A DNA stretch of 64,000 nucleotides from Candidatus Micrarchaeota archaeon (GCA_040753215.1 JBFMEZ010000025.1:32001-96000), one strand, 5' to 3'; shown: positions 17,820-27,213, counted from the first letter of the stretch. Numbers and translations: made by a program. Notes: generated by a model not told the origin, from the sequence alone.

Positions 17820-19136
17820 TTACTTCCTGCTTTTCGCAACCACAAGCAGAAAAGTTGAGACGAGCACCGCGGCGACGGGGCAGGCCGCGGAGCCCGGGGA
17901 ACCTGAAACCGGGGGCTGGGAACGGGAGACCGTTATGCTGTCGCTTATCTCGGTGCCCTGGGTGCTTACGAGGTACGGGACGGAGTAGGTGCCGCTGCCC
18001 AGCGAATCAAGGTTGAGCGCGTATGAAAGGGCCTTCCTGCCGCCGGGGGGAAGGAAAAGGATTCCGGACTCCTCGCCGTGCACGTAGGGCGGGAACGTGA
18101 TTATGTAGGTGGGCGTGAGGTAATTCGCGCCCGGGTTGCTTATCACAACGCTGAATTCTGTGCCGTCAAAAGCGGCATACGCGGAGGAAACGGGCGGGAA
18201 GGGCCCGCTCTGGAGTATACGTATCCTGGCGACCGTATCGAAAGAGAAGGGGCCTCCCCTCGCAGTGAGCCGGTCGGCAGCGCCGGACTGGTCCAGGGAA
18301 TAGGTGCCCGCGATGCGGCGCGCATCCAGGTTCCCCAGCTCCCGGAATGTGGGGTCCGAGGGCACCCACTGGCCGCCCATATCCAGCTCGGCCCATGCGT
18401 GCTCCTGCCAGCCGTCGCCGCTGAAGACGTAGCCTGAAACGTAGCGCGTGCCGATGCCGAGAGAGCGGGCAAGCGAGATGAGGAGGTGCGTGTAGCCCAC
18501 GCAAACGGCGCGTCGGCCGGCATATACCTCCTCTGCCGGGGCGTCGTCCCCCCAGAAATCCTCATCGTATTCCACGTTCCTGTGCACCCAGTCGGTGAGG
18601 ACCGCCGCGGCCTCCAGCTGGCCGCTGCTCTCGGCAGTATGGGAGCGGGCGAAGGCGGCCATTGCTGTGGTGTATGTTGTGAGCGTCGTGCCCGGGATGG
18701 AAGCGTTGGGGAGGGGCGGGTTGGAGGAGAGGTCCGGCATATAGCGCGTCTCAACGACCGCAACGGCAGTTATCTTTTTGGGGGTGGAGAGGTTGGCGGA
18801 GCGGTAGATTATCCTTATCTCGTCGCCGTGGCGGACCGCCTCGCCGTCGCTCAGGTTTATCTGGATTATCCTCTGGAACGGTGATTCGACAAGGAAGGTC
18901 GCATTCAGGACCGCGTCGCGGAGGGTGCCGTTTGAGACTATGTTCCATTCCTTTTCGAACTCGGCTGCCATGTAGCCGGTGTATGTGGAAAAGGAGATTG
19001 GGAGGAGAAGGAGGAAAATGAGAGCCGGAAACCGTGGGCTCAAACCGTGAAGCCAGGGACGGACGGGGGGACGGGAGGGCGGCTTCACGTCTTGACGGGA
19101 AACAGGGAACTGGAGGCTGGCTGGCACGGGTTTCAT
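17820..19136 (-). CDS. Exported transglutaminase-like (Cys-His-Asp) protein with C-terminal membrane anchor
   Basis: AVCVGYTHLLISLARSLGIGTRYVSGY, HAWAE and WVPSDPT motifs; hydrophobic signal segment; C-terminal Cys, hydrophobic run and basic tail. Confidence 0.85.
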   Translation of the reverse strand: MKPVPASLQFPVSRQDVKPPSRPPVRPWLHGLSPRFPALIFLLLLPISFSTYTGYMAAEFEKEWNIVSNGTLRDAVLNATFLVESPFQRIIQINLSDGEAVRHGDEIRIIYRSANLSTPKKITAVAVVETRYMPDLSSNPPLPNASIPGTTLTTYTTAMAAFARSHTAESSGQLEAAAVLTDWVHRNVEYDEDFWGDDAPAEEVYAGRRAVCVGYTHLLISLARSLGIGTRYVSGYVFSGDGWQEHAWAELDMGGQWVPSDPTFRELGNLDARRIAGTYSLDQSGAADRLTARGGPFSFDTVARIRILQSGPFPPVSSAYAAFDGTEFSVVISNPGANYLTPTYIITFPPYVHGEESGILFLPPGGRKALSYALNLDSLGSGTYSVPYLVSTQGTEISDSITVSRSQPPVSGSPGSAACPVAAVLVSTFLLVVAKSRK

Positions 19137-20428
19137 CTCTTCAGCCTGCGCATGTGCTCCACCCTCTTCCTCACGAGCAGCTGGGTGCCTATGTCGGGCC
19201 TGTGCCACAGCGGGCCGTGCACCGCGCGCGTGCAGCATTCCGCCTTCTCCTCGGCGCGCTCCAGCAGCGGGTCCTGCGCGGCGACCGCCACCGCGCGGGA
19301 GGAGGTTGTGAGTATCCTGCCATCCTTCTCATAAACCGAGCCGAGGTATGCCTTGCCGCCGCAGTCCCACACCGCCCTGTTGTCAACCTCCACGGCAGCA
19401 TCCTTCTTCCCGTTCTCTGGATAGCCCTCCGGGACCAGGTATTTCACGACGGTGCAATTGGGCAGGAAGGAAGCGCCGGTGAGGCTGCCCTCCACTATGG
19501 ACTGGAGCACGTCCGCGAGCTGCGTGCGCAGCACGAGCAGGGCGTTCAGCGCCTCGGGGTCGCCGAAGCGCGCGTTGTATTCTATCAGCTTCACGCCGCT
19601 GCCGGTTATCATGAAGCCGCCGTAGAGGACGCCGCGGAAGGTGTTCCCCTCTGCGCGCATCGCGTCTATGGTCTGCTGCATTATGGATTTCGCCTCCTCC
19701 AGGTCCCTGAGCTCCATGAAAGGGAGAAGGCGGCCGGTGGAGTAGGAGCCCATCCCGCCTGTGTTGGGGCCCATGTCGTTGGTGAACGCGCGCTTGTGGT
19801 CCTGGACCGGCGGCATCACGGAAAGGCGCTCGCCGTCGGAGAATGCCTGGAGGCTGAACTCCTCGCCGTCCAGCTTCTGCTCAAGCAGCGCCTGCTTGTC
19901 CTTCCGGAGGAGCTCCCTCACGTAGTCCAGGGCTTCCTCCGCAGAATTGAGGTGCTCGCCCATAACGCGCACGCCCTTGCCGCCGGTGAGGCCCACGGGC
20001 TTGACCACCACGTCGCCGAATTCGGAAATGAAGGAGGATGCGTCCGATTCGCTCTTTGCTATGCGGAAGGCCGGGAGGCCCGGGATGCCGTGCTTCTGGA
20101 GCAGGGTGCGGGCGTATCCCTTGTCCCATTCTATGCGCGCGGCCTCCTTCAGCGGCGAGGCGACCTTGAGGCCCGCGCCTGCGAGGATGTCCGTCACGCC
20201 CTTGGCCAGGAGAGCGTCGGGGCTTACGAAGCCGAGTTCTATCCCCTTCTCTATGCACCATGCGCCGACGGTCTCCCTGTCCGCCGGGTCGCAGACGAGG
20301 ACCTCGCCGGCGAGCCTGGCGATTCCGGGGTGCTTCTTCTCCATTATCGCGTAGAGCGACGAGCTCCGGGAGAGCTGCTCGGCGATTGCGTGCTCGCGCG
20401 CGCCGGAGCCTACGAGGACCACCTTCAT
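19133..20428 (-). CDS. purD: Phosphoribosylamine--glycine ligase
   Basis: GSGAREHAI, GGKGV, QDHKR, GPNTGGMGSYS and EYNARFGDPE motifs. Confidence 0.97.
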   Translation of the reverse strand: MKVVLVGSGAREHAIAEQLSRSSSLYAIMEKKHPGIARLAGEVLVCDPADRETVGAWCIEKGIELGFVSPDALLAKGVTDILAGAGLKVASPLKEAARIEWDKGYARTLLQKHGIPGLPAFRIAKSESDASSFISEFGDVVVKPVGLTGGKGVRVMGEHLNSAEEALDYVRELLRKDKQALLEQKLDGEEFSLQAFSDGERLSVMPPVQDHKRAFTNDMGPNTGGMGSYSTGRLLPFMELRDLEEAKSIMQQTIDAMRAEGNTFRGVLYGGFMITGSGVKLIEYNARFGDPEALNALLVLRTQLADVLQSIVEGSLTGASFLPNCTVVKYLVPEGYPENGKKDAAVEVDNRAVWDCGGKAYLGSVYEKDGRILTTSSRAVAVAAQDPLLERAEEKAECCTRAVHGPLWHRPDIGTQLLVRKRVEHMRRLKR

Positions 20429-20455
20429 TGCTTACCACCCGGAACCGGAAACTGG

Positions 20456-20548
20456 ATGGCGGAAACCAGCAGGTTTCTGCCATGGCGGAATCCCGAAGGA
20501 TTCTGCCAGTCTTCTCCGCAGAGAAGCGGAGTCATCGCCGCAGCGATG
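20456..20548 (-). repeat. Four-hairpin UNCG-loop element, copy 1, flanked by heptamer units
   Basis: Minus strand: CATCGC-TGCG-GCGATG ACTCCG CTTCTC-TGCG-GAGAAG ACT GGCAGAATCC-TTCG-GGATTCCGCC ATGGCAGAAACC-TGCT-GGTTTCCGCCAT. Confidence 0.85.
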
Positions 20549-20564
20549 CGGAAACTGGAAACCG

Positions 20565-20717
20565 TCATGGCTTACCACCAACTATCCTTGAGAAGGTCTG
20601 GGAGAGTATGGAGAGCATGTCCATCCTGTACTGGCGGGCTATCATGTAGGAGCGTGGGCGGGAGAGCTTCCTTATTATGTCGAACCTGAAGACGCCGGGC
20701 TTTGTTTCCCTTGCCAT
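20565..20717 (-). CDS. Small hypothetical protein (50 aa), last gene of the ATPase operon
   Basis: MARETKPGVFRFDIIRKLSRPRSYMIARQYRMDMLSILSQTFSRIVGGKP; preceded by GAGGTGA SD-like sequence, 3 bp after the upstream stop. Confidence 0.55.
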   Translation of the reverse strand: MARETKPGVFRFDIIRKLSRPRSYMIARQYRMDMLSILSQTFSRIVGGKP

Positions 20718-20720
20718 GGT

Positions 20721-21416
20721 TCACCTCTTCCTTATGAAGCCGTTCTTGATGAGGGCATCGAGCCCCTCCTCCACCCTGCCGGCCGCGACGCTGTTCAGCT
20801 TGGAGAATTCCAGTACGTCTATCTCGCCGTCGTGGGTGCGTATCCACTCGAAAAGCTGCGCCTGCAGCTCCGTGTCGCCCATGCCCTCGAGGCGCTGCAT
20901 CCGCTCCAGCAGGTCCTCGTTCTTTCGCTCGTATTCCACGAGGAGGCGCGCGTTCTGCGCGCTTGCCTGCACCAGGTCGTTGTATTTCTTCTCCAGGGAG
21001 GCGTGCTTCTGGCCGAGGTCCTTGAGCCGCGAGTACATCTCCATCTTTTCGCTGTCGGTGGCCTCGCCCATGGATTTCAGCAGGCTGAAATAGAATGTGT
21101 ATACGGACTGGATCGGCACATCATAGTATGCGGTGAGTATCTGGAACAGGTTCAGGAGCATGACCCCCATGTCAAGCGAGCGCGAGAGGCGGTGCTCAAG
21201 CACGGGGGTGGTGTATTTCAGTATTATGGCGTTCTTGAGCAGCTCTATGCGGTAGTAGAGGTAGGGCTTCCCGTTCAGGTCCTCGGACTCGACCTTTTCT
21301 ATGATGAGGGCGTCGTCGGAATAGTCCATCCTGTTGAAGCCGAGCGAGCCGAGCGTCTGGAGGAGCGGCTTGAGCGGCCTCTTCCTCTTCGTGCTTATGC
21401 GTATTATCTCTTCCAT
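20721..21416 (-). CDS. Hypothetical coiled-coil protein with C-terminal winged-helix-like segment
   Basis: Heptad-rich middle and C-terminal GEIDVLEFSKLNSVAAGRVEEGLDALIKNGFI; tightly coupled in the operon. Confidence 0.7.
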   Translation of the reverse strand: MEEIIRISTKRKRPLKPLLQTLGSLGFNRMDYSDDALIIEKVESEDLNGKPYLYYRIELLKNAIILKYTTPVLEHRLSRSLDMGVMLLNLFQILTAYYDVPIQSVYTFYFSLLKSMGEATDSEKMEMYSRLKDLGQKHASLEKKYNDLVQASAQNARLLVEYERKNEDLLERMQRLEGMGDTELQAQLFEWIRTHDGEIDVLEFSKLNSVAAGRVEEGLDALIKNGFIRKR

Positions 21417-21418
21417 TT

Positions 21419-24400
21419 CTACTCCTCCCTCAAAGAAAGGTCAACCATGCCCTTGGAAGCCTTCCGCCTGCGGGCCAGGGAGAATATCTCCACTATGTCC
21501 TTCTCGCCCACCTCGAGCTGGCGGAGGAACCCCATTACGGAAGAGGGCGAGTAGCCGAACTTCTCAAGTATGGACACGAATTCCGTGGCGTCCATCACCC
21601 CGTCATTCCTCTCGAACTCGTTCTTCACAAGCCCTATCTGCTCGTCGGTAAGGCCGAGCTCGTAGAGCATGTTGCAGAACTGCTCCCTTTCCTTTTCGAC
21701 AGACATTCCATCAGCCTCCAGCGCATACACGAACAGCGGCTCCTCCCCGTCTATCTTGTTAAGAAGGAAGGTGTGCGAGCCGCCTGCCCGCTTCGCGAAT
21801 ATCATGTTGAGGGCCGCGTCGCCCACGCCGAATTTGGAGATTTCGCCGTCTATGTAATCCGAGTAGTTCAGCGACTGCCGGACGTAGTCCTTGAACTCGC
21901 GCAGGACCAGCCGCAGTATGAACATCGTGCCGACGTTGCTCAGGATCGTCTTGTGCATGTCGGTAGGGTTCTGGGAGGCGACGATGAGGGCGAAGTTGTA
22001 TTTCCTGCCCTCGCGCACTATCGTAATCACGTCGCTGCGCTCGTCGGAGGCGATCTTCCACGCCTCGTCCACCACCACGAAGAGGCGGACGCCCTTCTCC
22101 TCCTTCATCTGCTCCCTGCGCATCCTCTCCTTGAGGAACTGGAGGATCGTGAGGCCCGCGAGGGAGCGCATCTCCTCGGTGGGGAGGGAATGGAGGTCTA
22201 TGCACACCAGGCCCGAGTCCGTGAGCTTCTCCAGGGCCAGCGTGGAGGGCTTCGCGAAGAAGTCGCTGCCCTGAGTGGTGAAGCGCTTCAGCAGGCGCGC
22301 GGCGCCCCTCTTCTTTTTCTCCTCAAGCCTTTTCACGACGTCGGTGAGCGTGGGGTTCTTCGCACCGTCGTATGTTTCCTCGAGCGCCTCCTCTATGTCG
22401 TAGCGCTCGGAGGGGAAGTTGTGCAGGTCCAGCAGGATTTCGAGCGCGGACATTATCTGCTTCATCCGCTCGGATGGCGTGAGGCCAGCGAGGTCGAGGA
22501 GGTTGAGGTGCTCCTCGCCCAGGTGGATGACCTTGCCGCCCGCCTGCTTCACCCACTTGTCGTACTCGCCGACCCAGTCCAGGATGAGCGCGTTGGAATT
22601 CCAGACGAGCGAGGCGCGGGTTAGGAATGTTTTGGTTAAGTACGAGTTGTGGACAAACAACCCGCCAAAGCCGGCCATGAAAACCTCGCTGTCAACGGAA
22701 AGATCGTAAACGAACTCATCCCCAGAAGGCTCTTCCGCCTTTTCCACTATGGGGTCCCAGAAGAGGTCGGATTGTGCGAGCAGGTTGAGGAATTCCACTT
22801 CCTTGTCCCCGGTTGCCTGCACCGAAACCTGCTCCAGAAGGCTTGCAAGATATTTTTTGGTTGGCCTCCTCAAGCCGGTTTGTATGGAGTAAGTCATCTG
22901 TGTGCGCGGGAGAGAATATTTCTTCATCACGGAAGCAACGACGCCTTCTATGTTCGGAATCACATCAACGTTGCTGTGGCCCTTCCCGCATCTCTGGAGC
23001 AGCAGAACGAGGTTGTGGTTTTTCCTTTGAGTTACGAAGCCGATGTTTTCCGTGTATTTTCTGATGTTCTCCTTGCCGGATACCGTAACACGGTAGTATA
23101 ACCCTCCCTTATGCTTAGAGTTGGTTGCCCTCTTCTTGCTTGGGTGGACTCTAGCGATTATGCCGAACCTCAGGAGCATGTAGCACAGCTGGCTGGCGAG
23201 CTCTTTTGACTTGGTGGTAGCGCTTATGCACTTCTGCTCAACGCCGCCATCACCCTCAAAGTAACCCTTTAGGAATTCTGCGAGGTATTCCAGCTTGGAG
23301 GCCATAATGGGCGCGGGTATTTTCTTGCTGCCGGCATTGCCCTCAAGGCCGATTCTTTTTAGTAGCCGGACTACCGCGCTCGCTGAAGTGCGAAGCCCAT
23401 GAGGTATTGGGAAGAACTGGAAGCCGACAATCCCAAAGCAGCTTTTCATGTCGTCAAGAAGTTCCGGCTCGGTCGTGTGCACGTTTATGAAATGCTTTGC
23501 AATTGTGCCTTCTGAAACTATGTAGCCGCACAGCCTTGCGAGTGCCATCGCCTTTTCATTTTCTATCTTCGGGAGCAGAAGGGCGGAGCCGCTGGGCGAC
23601 CTGAGTTTCAGTCCGGGAATAATGCGTGCGTCCAGACCGAGGAGTTCCATGATCTGGCTGAAATACGCGAGTGGGATTGCCCTTCCGGCTTTGTAGAAGC
23701 GGAGGTACTTGTCATATTTTTTGTTTATCGGGAGCCACTTGTGCAACCTTTCGCAGTTGTCCGCGATAACTCCGGCTGCGCCTACCACATGGACATCGTC
23801 GTGTTTAAGCAGCCCAAGGGTGTCTACGGCGAACTCTTCGCCTTCGAATGACAGCTCTCGCGGGGTGGGAATGTAATCACCCGTGCGCACCTCCGAGCCC
23901 TTGGCCACCGAGATACCGCCATCGCGCAGGACGAGGATGTTGTGGTCACCTGTCGTCCTTATCTCCCTGCCACTTGCGGTTTTGAATGAGTACAGTGTGC
24001 TCGGGGACTTTTTCCGCCCGGCGAAATTAACGGGCACCCATTTCGCCTTTAGATTGCCATCAAATGAGTATATCTCGATGCCGGGGCTGCTGACGCCCTC
24101 CACATCGTCAATCGTTTCTGCAGAACCGGAATTTTGGATGAGCCCGTCTATAAGTTCTCCGATTTTTGCGATGCGGACCTTTCCGTTTTGCCTTATTATC
24201 ACCGGCTCGTTTCTATCAATCGACTTTCCGCTCCCCGTGATGCCGACGATGGCGATGTGCGGGTTGATGAGCTTCTGGTAGTTCCAGAAGACCGGAACGT
24301 TCAGCCAGCGGGTTTTTCCCACATATATCCCGTCTCCGGAGGATGAGATGAGGTATTCGGGCCTGGGCTCCGGCGGGTGCACCAGGAAAAGGCGCTCTGC

Positions 24401-24433
24401 AAGCTGCGGGGTGTAGATTTTCTGCACTTTCAT
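21419..24433 (-). CDS. VirB4/HerA-superfamily (DUF87-type) ATPase precursor with intein
   Basis: NPHIAIVGITGSGK|S Walker A split by the intein; LILDWVGEY; VVVDEAW Walker B; REGRKYNFALIVASQ. Extein about 478 aa. Confidence 0.9.
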   Translation of the reverse strand: MKVQKIYTPQLAERLFLVHPPEPRPEYLISSSGDGIYVGKTRWLNVPVFWNYQKLINPHIAIVGITGSGKSIDRNEPVIIRQNGKVRIAKIGELIDGLIQNSGSAETIDDVEGVSSPGIEIYSFDGNLKAKWVPVNFAGRKKSPSTLYSFKTASGREIRTTGDHNILVLRDGGISVAKGSEVRTGDYIPTPRELSFEGEEFAVDTLGLLKHDDVHVVGAAGVIADNCERLHKWLPINKKYDKYLRFYKAGRAIPLAYFSQIMELLGLDARIIPGLKLRSPSGSALLLPKIENEKAMALARLCGYIVSEGTIAKHFINVHTTEPELLDDMKSCFGIVGFQFFPIPHGLRTSASAVVRLLKRIGLEGNAGSKKIPAPIMASKLEYLAEFLKGYFEGDGGVEQKCISATTKSKELASQLCYMLLRFGIIARVHPSKKRATNSKHKGGLYYRVTVSGKENIRKYTENIGFVTQRKNHNLVLLLQRCGKGHSNVDVIPNIEGVVASVMKKYSLPRTQMTYSIQTGLRRPTKKYLASLLEQVSVQATGDKEVEFLNLLAQSDLFWDPIVEKAEEPSGDEFVYDLSVDSEVFMAGFGGLFVHNSYLTKTFLTRASLVWNSNALILDWVGEYDKWVKQAGGKVIHLGEEHLNLLDLAGLTPSERMKQIMSALEILLDLHNFPSERYDIEEALEETYDGAKNPTLTDVVKRLEEKKKRGAARLLKRFTTQGSDFFAKPSTLALEKLTDSGLVCIDLHSLPTEEMRSLAGLTILQFLKERMRREQMKEEKGVRLFVVVDEAWKIASDERSDVITIVREGRKYNFALIVASQNPTDMHKTILSNVGTMFILRLVLREFKDYVRQSLNYSDYIDGEISKFGVGDAALNMIFAKRAGGSHTFLLNKIDGEEPLFVYALEADGMSVEKEREQFCNMLYELGLTDEQIGLVKNEFERNDGVMDATEFVSILEKFGYSPSSVMGFLRQLEVGEKDIVEIFSLARRRKASKGMVDLSLREE
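22646..24223 (-). mobile_element. Intein (526 aa) with LAGLIDADG homing endonuclease
   Basis: Starts SIDRNEPV after GSGK; block B IRTTGDHNIL; LCGYIVSEG and FLKGYFEGDGG LAGLIDADG blocks; ends VYDLSV...GLFVHN before Ser. Visibly more AT-rich than the host gene. Confidence 0.95.
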
Positions 24434-25213
24434 CTAGAACACTTCGTCCCTTAGCTGTTCCGCCTCGGGCGGCAGGAAGTATTCCCACTCGAAGCACCTC
24501 ACCATGTCCAGGTCGAACAGCTCGTTGACGTCCGCGCCGAGCGTGGAGGAGATTATGGTCTTCACTTCCTTCGACTGCCTGCGGACCTTGGAAAGCGCCT
24601 CCTCGCGCGTGACGCCGTATGCGGTGGTGGAGACGAAGGACGTGATTTCGAGCGGGCGGTCTCCCCGGCTTATGCGCTCGAGCTGGCGGTTGTACATCGC
24701 GATCTCGCGGTCTAGGCGCACGAGCTCCTCGCTGTTCGGGGGGAGCTTGCGGCGCTTGCCCTCCGCCGCAGCGCGGCGCGTCTTTATGTCGTCTATCTCG
24801 CGCGTGAGGTCGACCTCGGAGACCAGGAGGGATATCTTCACCGCGTGCTTGAGGGATGCGAGCGCCTTCTCGAACGAGGAGAGCATGGACGCGCGGTCCT
24901 GCGAGTCCTTGTCCATCGTGCTCTCGTAGTACTTTATCTCCAGGAATTTGGTGGCGTAGAAGCCGTTGCCCGCCTTCTTCACGATGCAGTCGCGGGTGGA
25001 GGGTATCTCATAGCCGCCGCGGATCTCGACTATGTTGGTCGCGGAAGTGAAGTATGGTATCAGGAGGTAGCCGTACTTCCAGACGACCAGCGAGAGGACG
25101 AAGAAGAGGGCTGAGAGGGCGGCGAATATGGGGTTGCCCATAACCACCGCAATCACCAGGGCCGCAAGCCCGCCTCCGAGCGACATCAGCGTCATCATCC
25201 TGTTTTCTATCAT
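24434..25213 (-). CDS. Membrane protein (2 N-terminal TM helices plus coiled-coil soluble domain), VirB4-partner-like
   Basis: True start MIENRMM at 25213 forms an ATGA overlap with the upstream stop; lies directly upstream of the ATPase. Confidence 0.75.
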   Translation of the reverse strand: MIENRMMTLMSLGGGLAALVIAVVMGNPIFAALSALFFVLSLVVWKYGYLLIPYFTSATNIVEIRGGYEIPSTRDCIVKKAGNGFYATKFLEIKYYESTMDKDSQDRASMLSSFEKALASLKHAVKISLLVSEVDLTREIDDIKTRRAAAEGKRRKLPPNSEELVRLDREIAMYNRQLERISRGDRPLEITSFVSTTAYGVTREEALSKVRRQSKEVKTIISSTLGADVNELFDLDMVRCFEWEYFLPPEAEQLRDEVF

Positions 25214-26139
25214 AGGGAGCCCACCGCGAAGAAGAATTCCCCGCCGAATATTTCTGTTACCTCCTTTATGAATATTGCGGTTACGATGAGGGAGAAGAGG
25301 GGGGCGAGCAGCACGAAGAGCGAGAGCGACGAGATGGATTCGCTTATGCGCTGGGCGGCGAGCGTGAGGTCGCCTGTGAAGTCGCCGGTGGTCATGTTGT
25401 CGAGCTTCCCGGCGATTGCGTAATTGTCGTTTAGGTCGAGGATGGGCGTGGTCCTGTAGAGCGTGCTGTTGGTGACGTTGGTGAGGTTTGCTGTCGTCAC
25501 GTTCAGCTCCGGGACCGGGAATATGAGGATGAACGCCGGGTAGAAGAGGTACACCCCTATGGAGAGGGCGATCAGGAACCCGCCGAGCCTGCGGGTGGAG
25601 AAGAAGGAGCGGAAGATGAGCCCGACCGGGAGGAAGAACGTGAGCAGCTGCGGGGCGAAGAAGCCGAGCACCTGGACCTGGAACTGGGAGACTGTGAGCA
25701 GCGCCTGCAGCGTGAGTATCTGCGACTGCAGGACGGACGCGATTGAGGAGAGGCCCGACATCGGCTGGATGGAGAACGTGGAGAATTCCAGGTTTATCGT
25801 CTGGTAGTACGAAACCATCTGGTGGAGGCTCACCGCCTGGGCGAGCAGCGCGAAGATCTCTGAGGAGAGGCTGGAGAATATGCACTGGAGGTTCTCTATC
25901 GCGTCTCCCGCGGTGCACGCGCCCTCAGTTATTATCCCGCGGCTTATTTCTGTGGCTGCGGCGACTATTGCGGTGTAGGCGCCGACCAGCGCCGCGTTTA
26001 TCACGGACTGGATGAGCTCCTCCGTGCCGAAGTGCTCAAGCCGCTTCGAGTTCAGCGTCCTGCCGAGCCCCATCAGTATGCCTGAGAGGATTATGGAAAG
26101 GCTTACGACTATGCCGGCGAGGGTAAGGTCAGCTGCCAT
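25210..26139 (-). CDS. Polytopic membrane protein (CedA/VirB6-like by topology)
   Basis: About 5-6 hydrophobic segments; FLPVGLIFRSFFSTRRLGGFLIALSIG; N-x-T-rich loop suggesting glycosylation. Confidence 0.7.
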   Translation of the reverse strand: MAADLTLAGIVVSLSIILSGILMGLGRTLNSKRLEHFGTEELIQSVINAALVGAYTAIVAAATEISRGIITEGACTAGDAIENLQCIFSSLSSEIFALLAQAVSLHQMVSYYQTINLEFSTFSIQPMSGLSSIASVLQSQILTLQALLTVSQFQVQVLGFFAPQLLTFFLPVGLIFRSFFSTRRLGGFLIALSIGVYLFYPAFILIFPVPELNVTTANLTNVTNSTLYRTTPILDLNDNYAIAGKLDNMTTGDFTGDLTLAAQRISESISSLSLFVLLAPLFSLIVTAIFIKEVTEIFGGEFFFAVGSL

Positions 26140-26156
26140 TTTTCACCTTCCCTGGG

Positions 26157-26402
26157 TCAGGTCAGGAGGTTCGACGCCACCGTCTGTATCAGCTCTGCGG
26201 CGCCTATTATCGCGGCGATAAGGACGCCGCCTATGAAAAGCCCTATCGCGGTGTTCTGCCACCTTCCCCTTGTCTCCCCGGGCTGGAGCTGTGCAAGCCC
26301 GTAGGCGACGCCCCCGACTATTATCAGGAGCAGCGAGAGGGTGACGCCGGCGGACTTCATGACTTCCAGCCAGCTCGAGAGGAGCGTCTCTATATACGCC
26401 AT
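26157..26402 (-). CDS. Small two-TM protein, VirB2/TrbC/CedA1 pilin-like
   Basis: 81 aa; two Gly/Ala-rich hydrophobic helices joined by the short charged loop PGETRGRWQ. Confidence 0.65.
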   Translation of the reverse strand: MAYIETLLSSWLEVMKSAGVTLSLLLIIVGGVAYGLAQLQPGETRGRWQNTAIGLFIGGVLIAAIIGAAELIQTVASNLLT

Positions 26403-26463
26403 GGCCTTCTAATCGTAAGGAAGCTATATAAAGCTTTTTCGGGGGCTTTAATTCGGGGAAAAC

Positions 26464-27213
26464 GTGAAAGTGGGCATTGGGCTTGGAAAGAGCATACATG
26501 AGAATGCAGCGCGCTACTACGAAGAGGCGAAGAGGGCGAGGGAGAAGGCGGAGGGCGTGCGGAAGGCCATGGAGCAGACGCGGAAGAGGATGAAAGAGGC
26601 GGCCGGGAGAAAGAAGGCGGCCGTGAAGGTCGCCCGGAGGAGGGAGTGGTTCGAGGAATTCCACTGGAGCTTCACGAATGAGGGAAAGCTTATTCTGGCG
26701 GGGAAGAATGCGCAGCAGAACGACAAATTATTCGGGAAAATGGAGGAGGGGGACTTGTTTTTCCATGCGGACATACGCGGAGCCGCGGCGACTATTCTGA
26801 AGGGAGGGGTTGGCGCGGGCGGGGAAGAGAAGAAAACGGCCGCCACCATCGCCGCATCCTACTCGAAAGCGTGGGGAATGAGGATGGCGGCGGTTGATGT
26901 GTATGCGGTGAGGAGGGGGCAGCTTTCCAAGCATGTGAGCGGAGGGTTTGTTGGGGCTGGAGGGTTCGCGATTTCCGGGGAGAGGGAGTGGTTCGGGAAT
27001 ACAAAGCTGGTGCTCGCAGTCGGGGTGGAGGGGAACGGGCGGGTTTCGGCCGGGGCCGGGGATGCGGAGTGGATGAAGAAGAAAGTGCTCATTGTGCCGG
27101 GGAAGATGGAGAAGAAAGAGGCGGCGGGGAGGATTGGGGAATTGCTCGGGGTGCCGGGGAGCGAAGTGATGCCTGTCCTGCCTCCGGGCAGGATAAGTAT
27201 TGCGCGGGGTTAG
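26464..27213 (+). CDS. NFACT RNA-binding domain (DUF814) protein, short Rqc2-like form
   Basis: ENAARYYEEAKR, WFEEFHW, LAGKNAQQND, FFHADIRGA and YSKAW motifs. Confidence 0.85.
   Translation: MKVGIGLGKSIHENAARYYEEAKRAREKAEGVRKAMEQTRKRMKEAAGRKKAAVKVARRREWFEEFHWSFTNEGKLILAGKNAQQNDKLFGKMEEGDLFFHADIRGAAATILKGGVGAGGEEKKTAATIAASYSKAWGMRMAAVDVYAVRRGQLSKHVSGGFVGAGGFAISGEREWFGNTKLVLAVGVEGNGRVSAGAGDAEWMKKKVLIVPGKMEKKEAAGRIGELLGVPGSEVMPVLPPGRISIARG

Noticed and set aside
20456..20548. Purine riboswitch upstream of purD
   Set aside because: No resemblance to purine, ZTP or PRPP aptamers that I recognise; other copies are antisense to purF or lie between convergent genes.
19034..20689. 551-aa plus-strand ORF and the many similar antisense ORFs
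   Set aside because: Shadow frames of recognisable minus-strand genes in GC-rich DNA; no motifs.
25214..25918. N-terminal half of the 494-aa ORF 24434..25918
   Set aside because: Alternate-frame overlap with the 309-aa membrane gene; His/Arg/Pro-rich shadow sequence. The real start is 25213.
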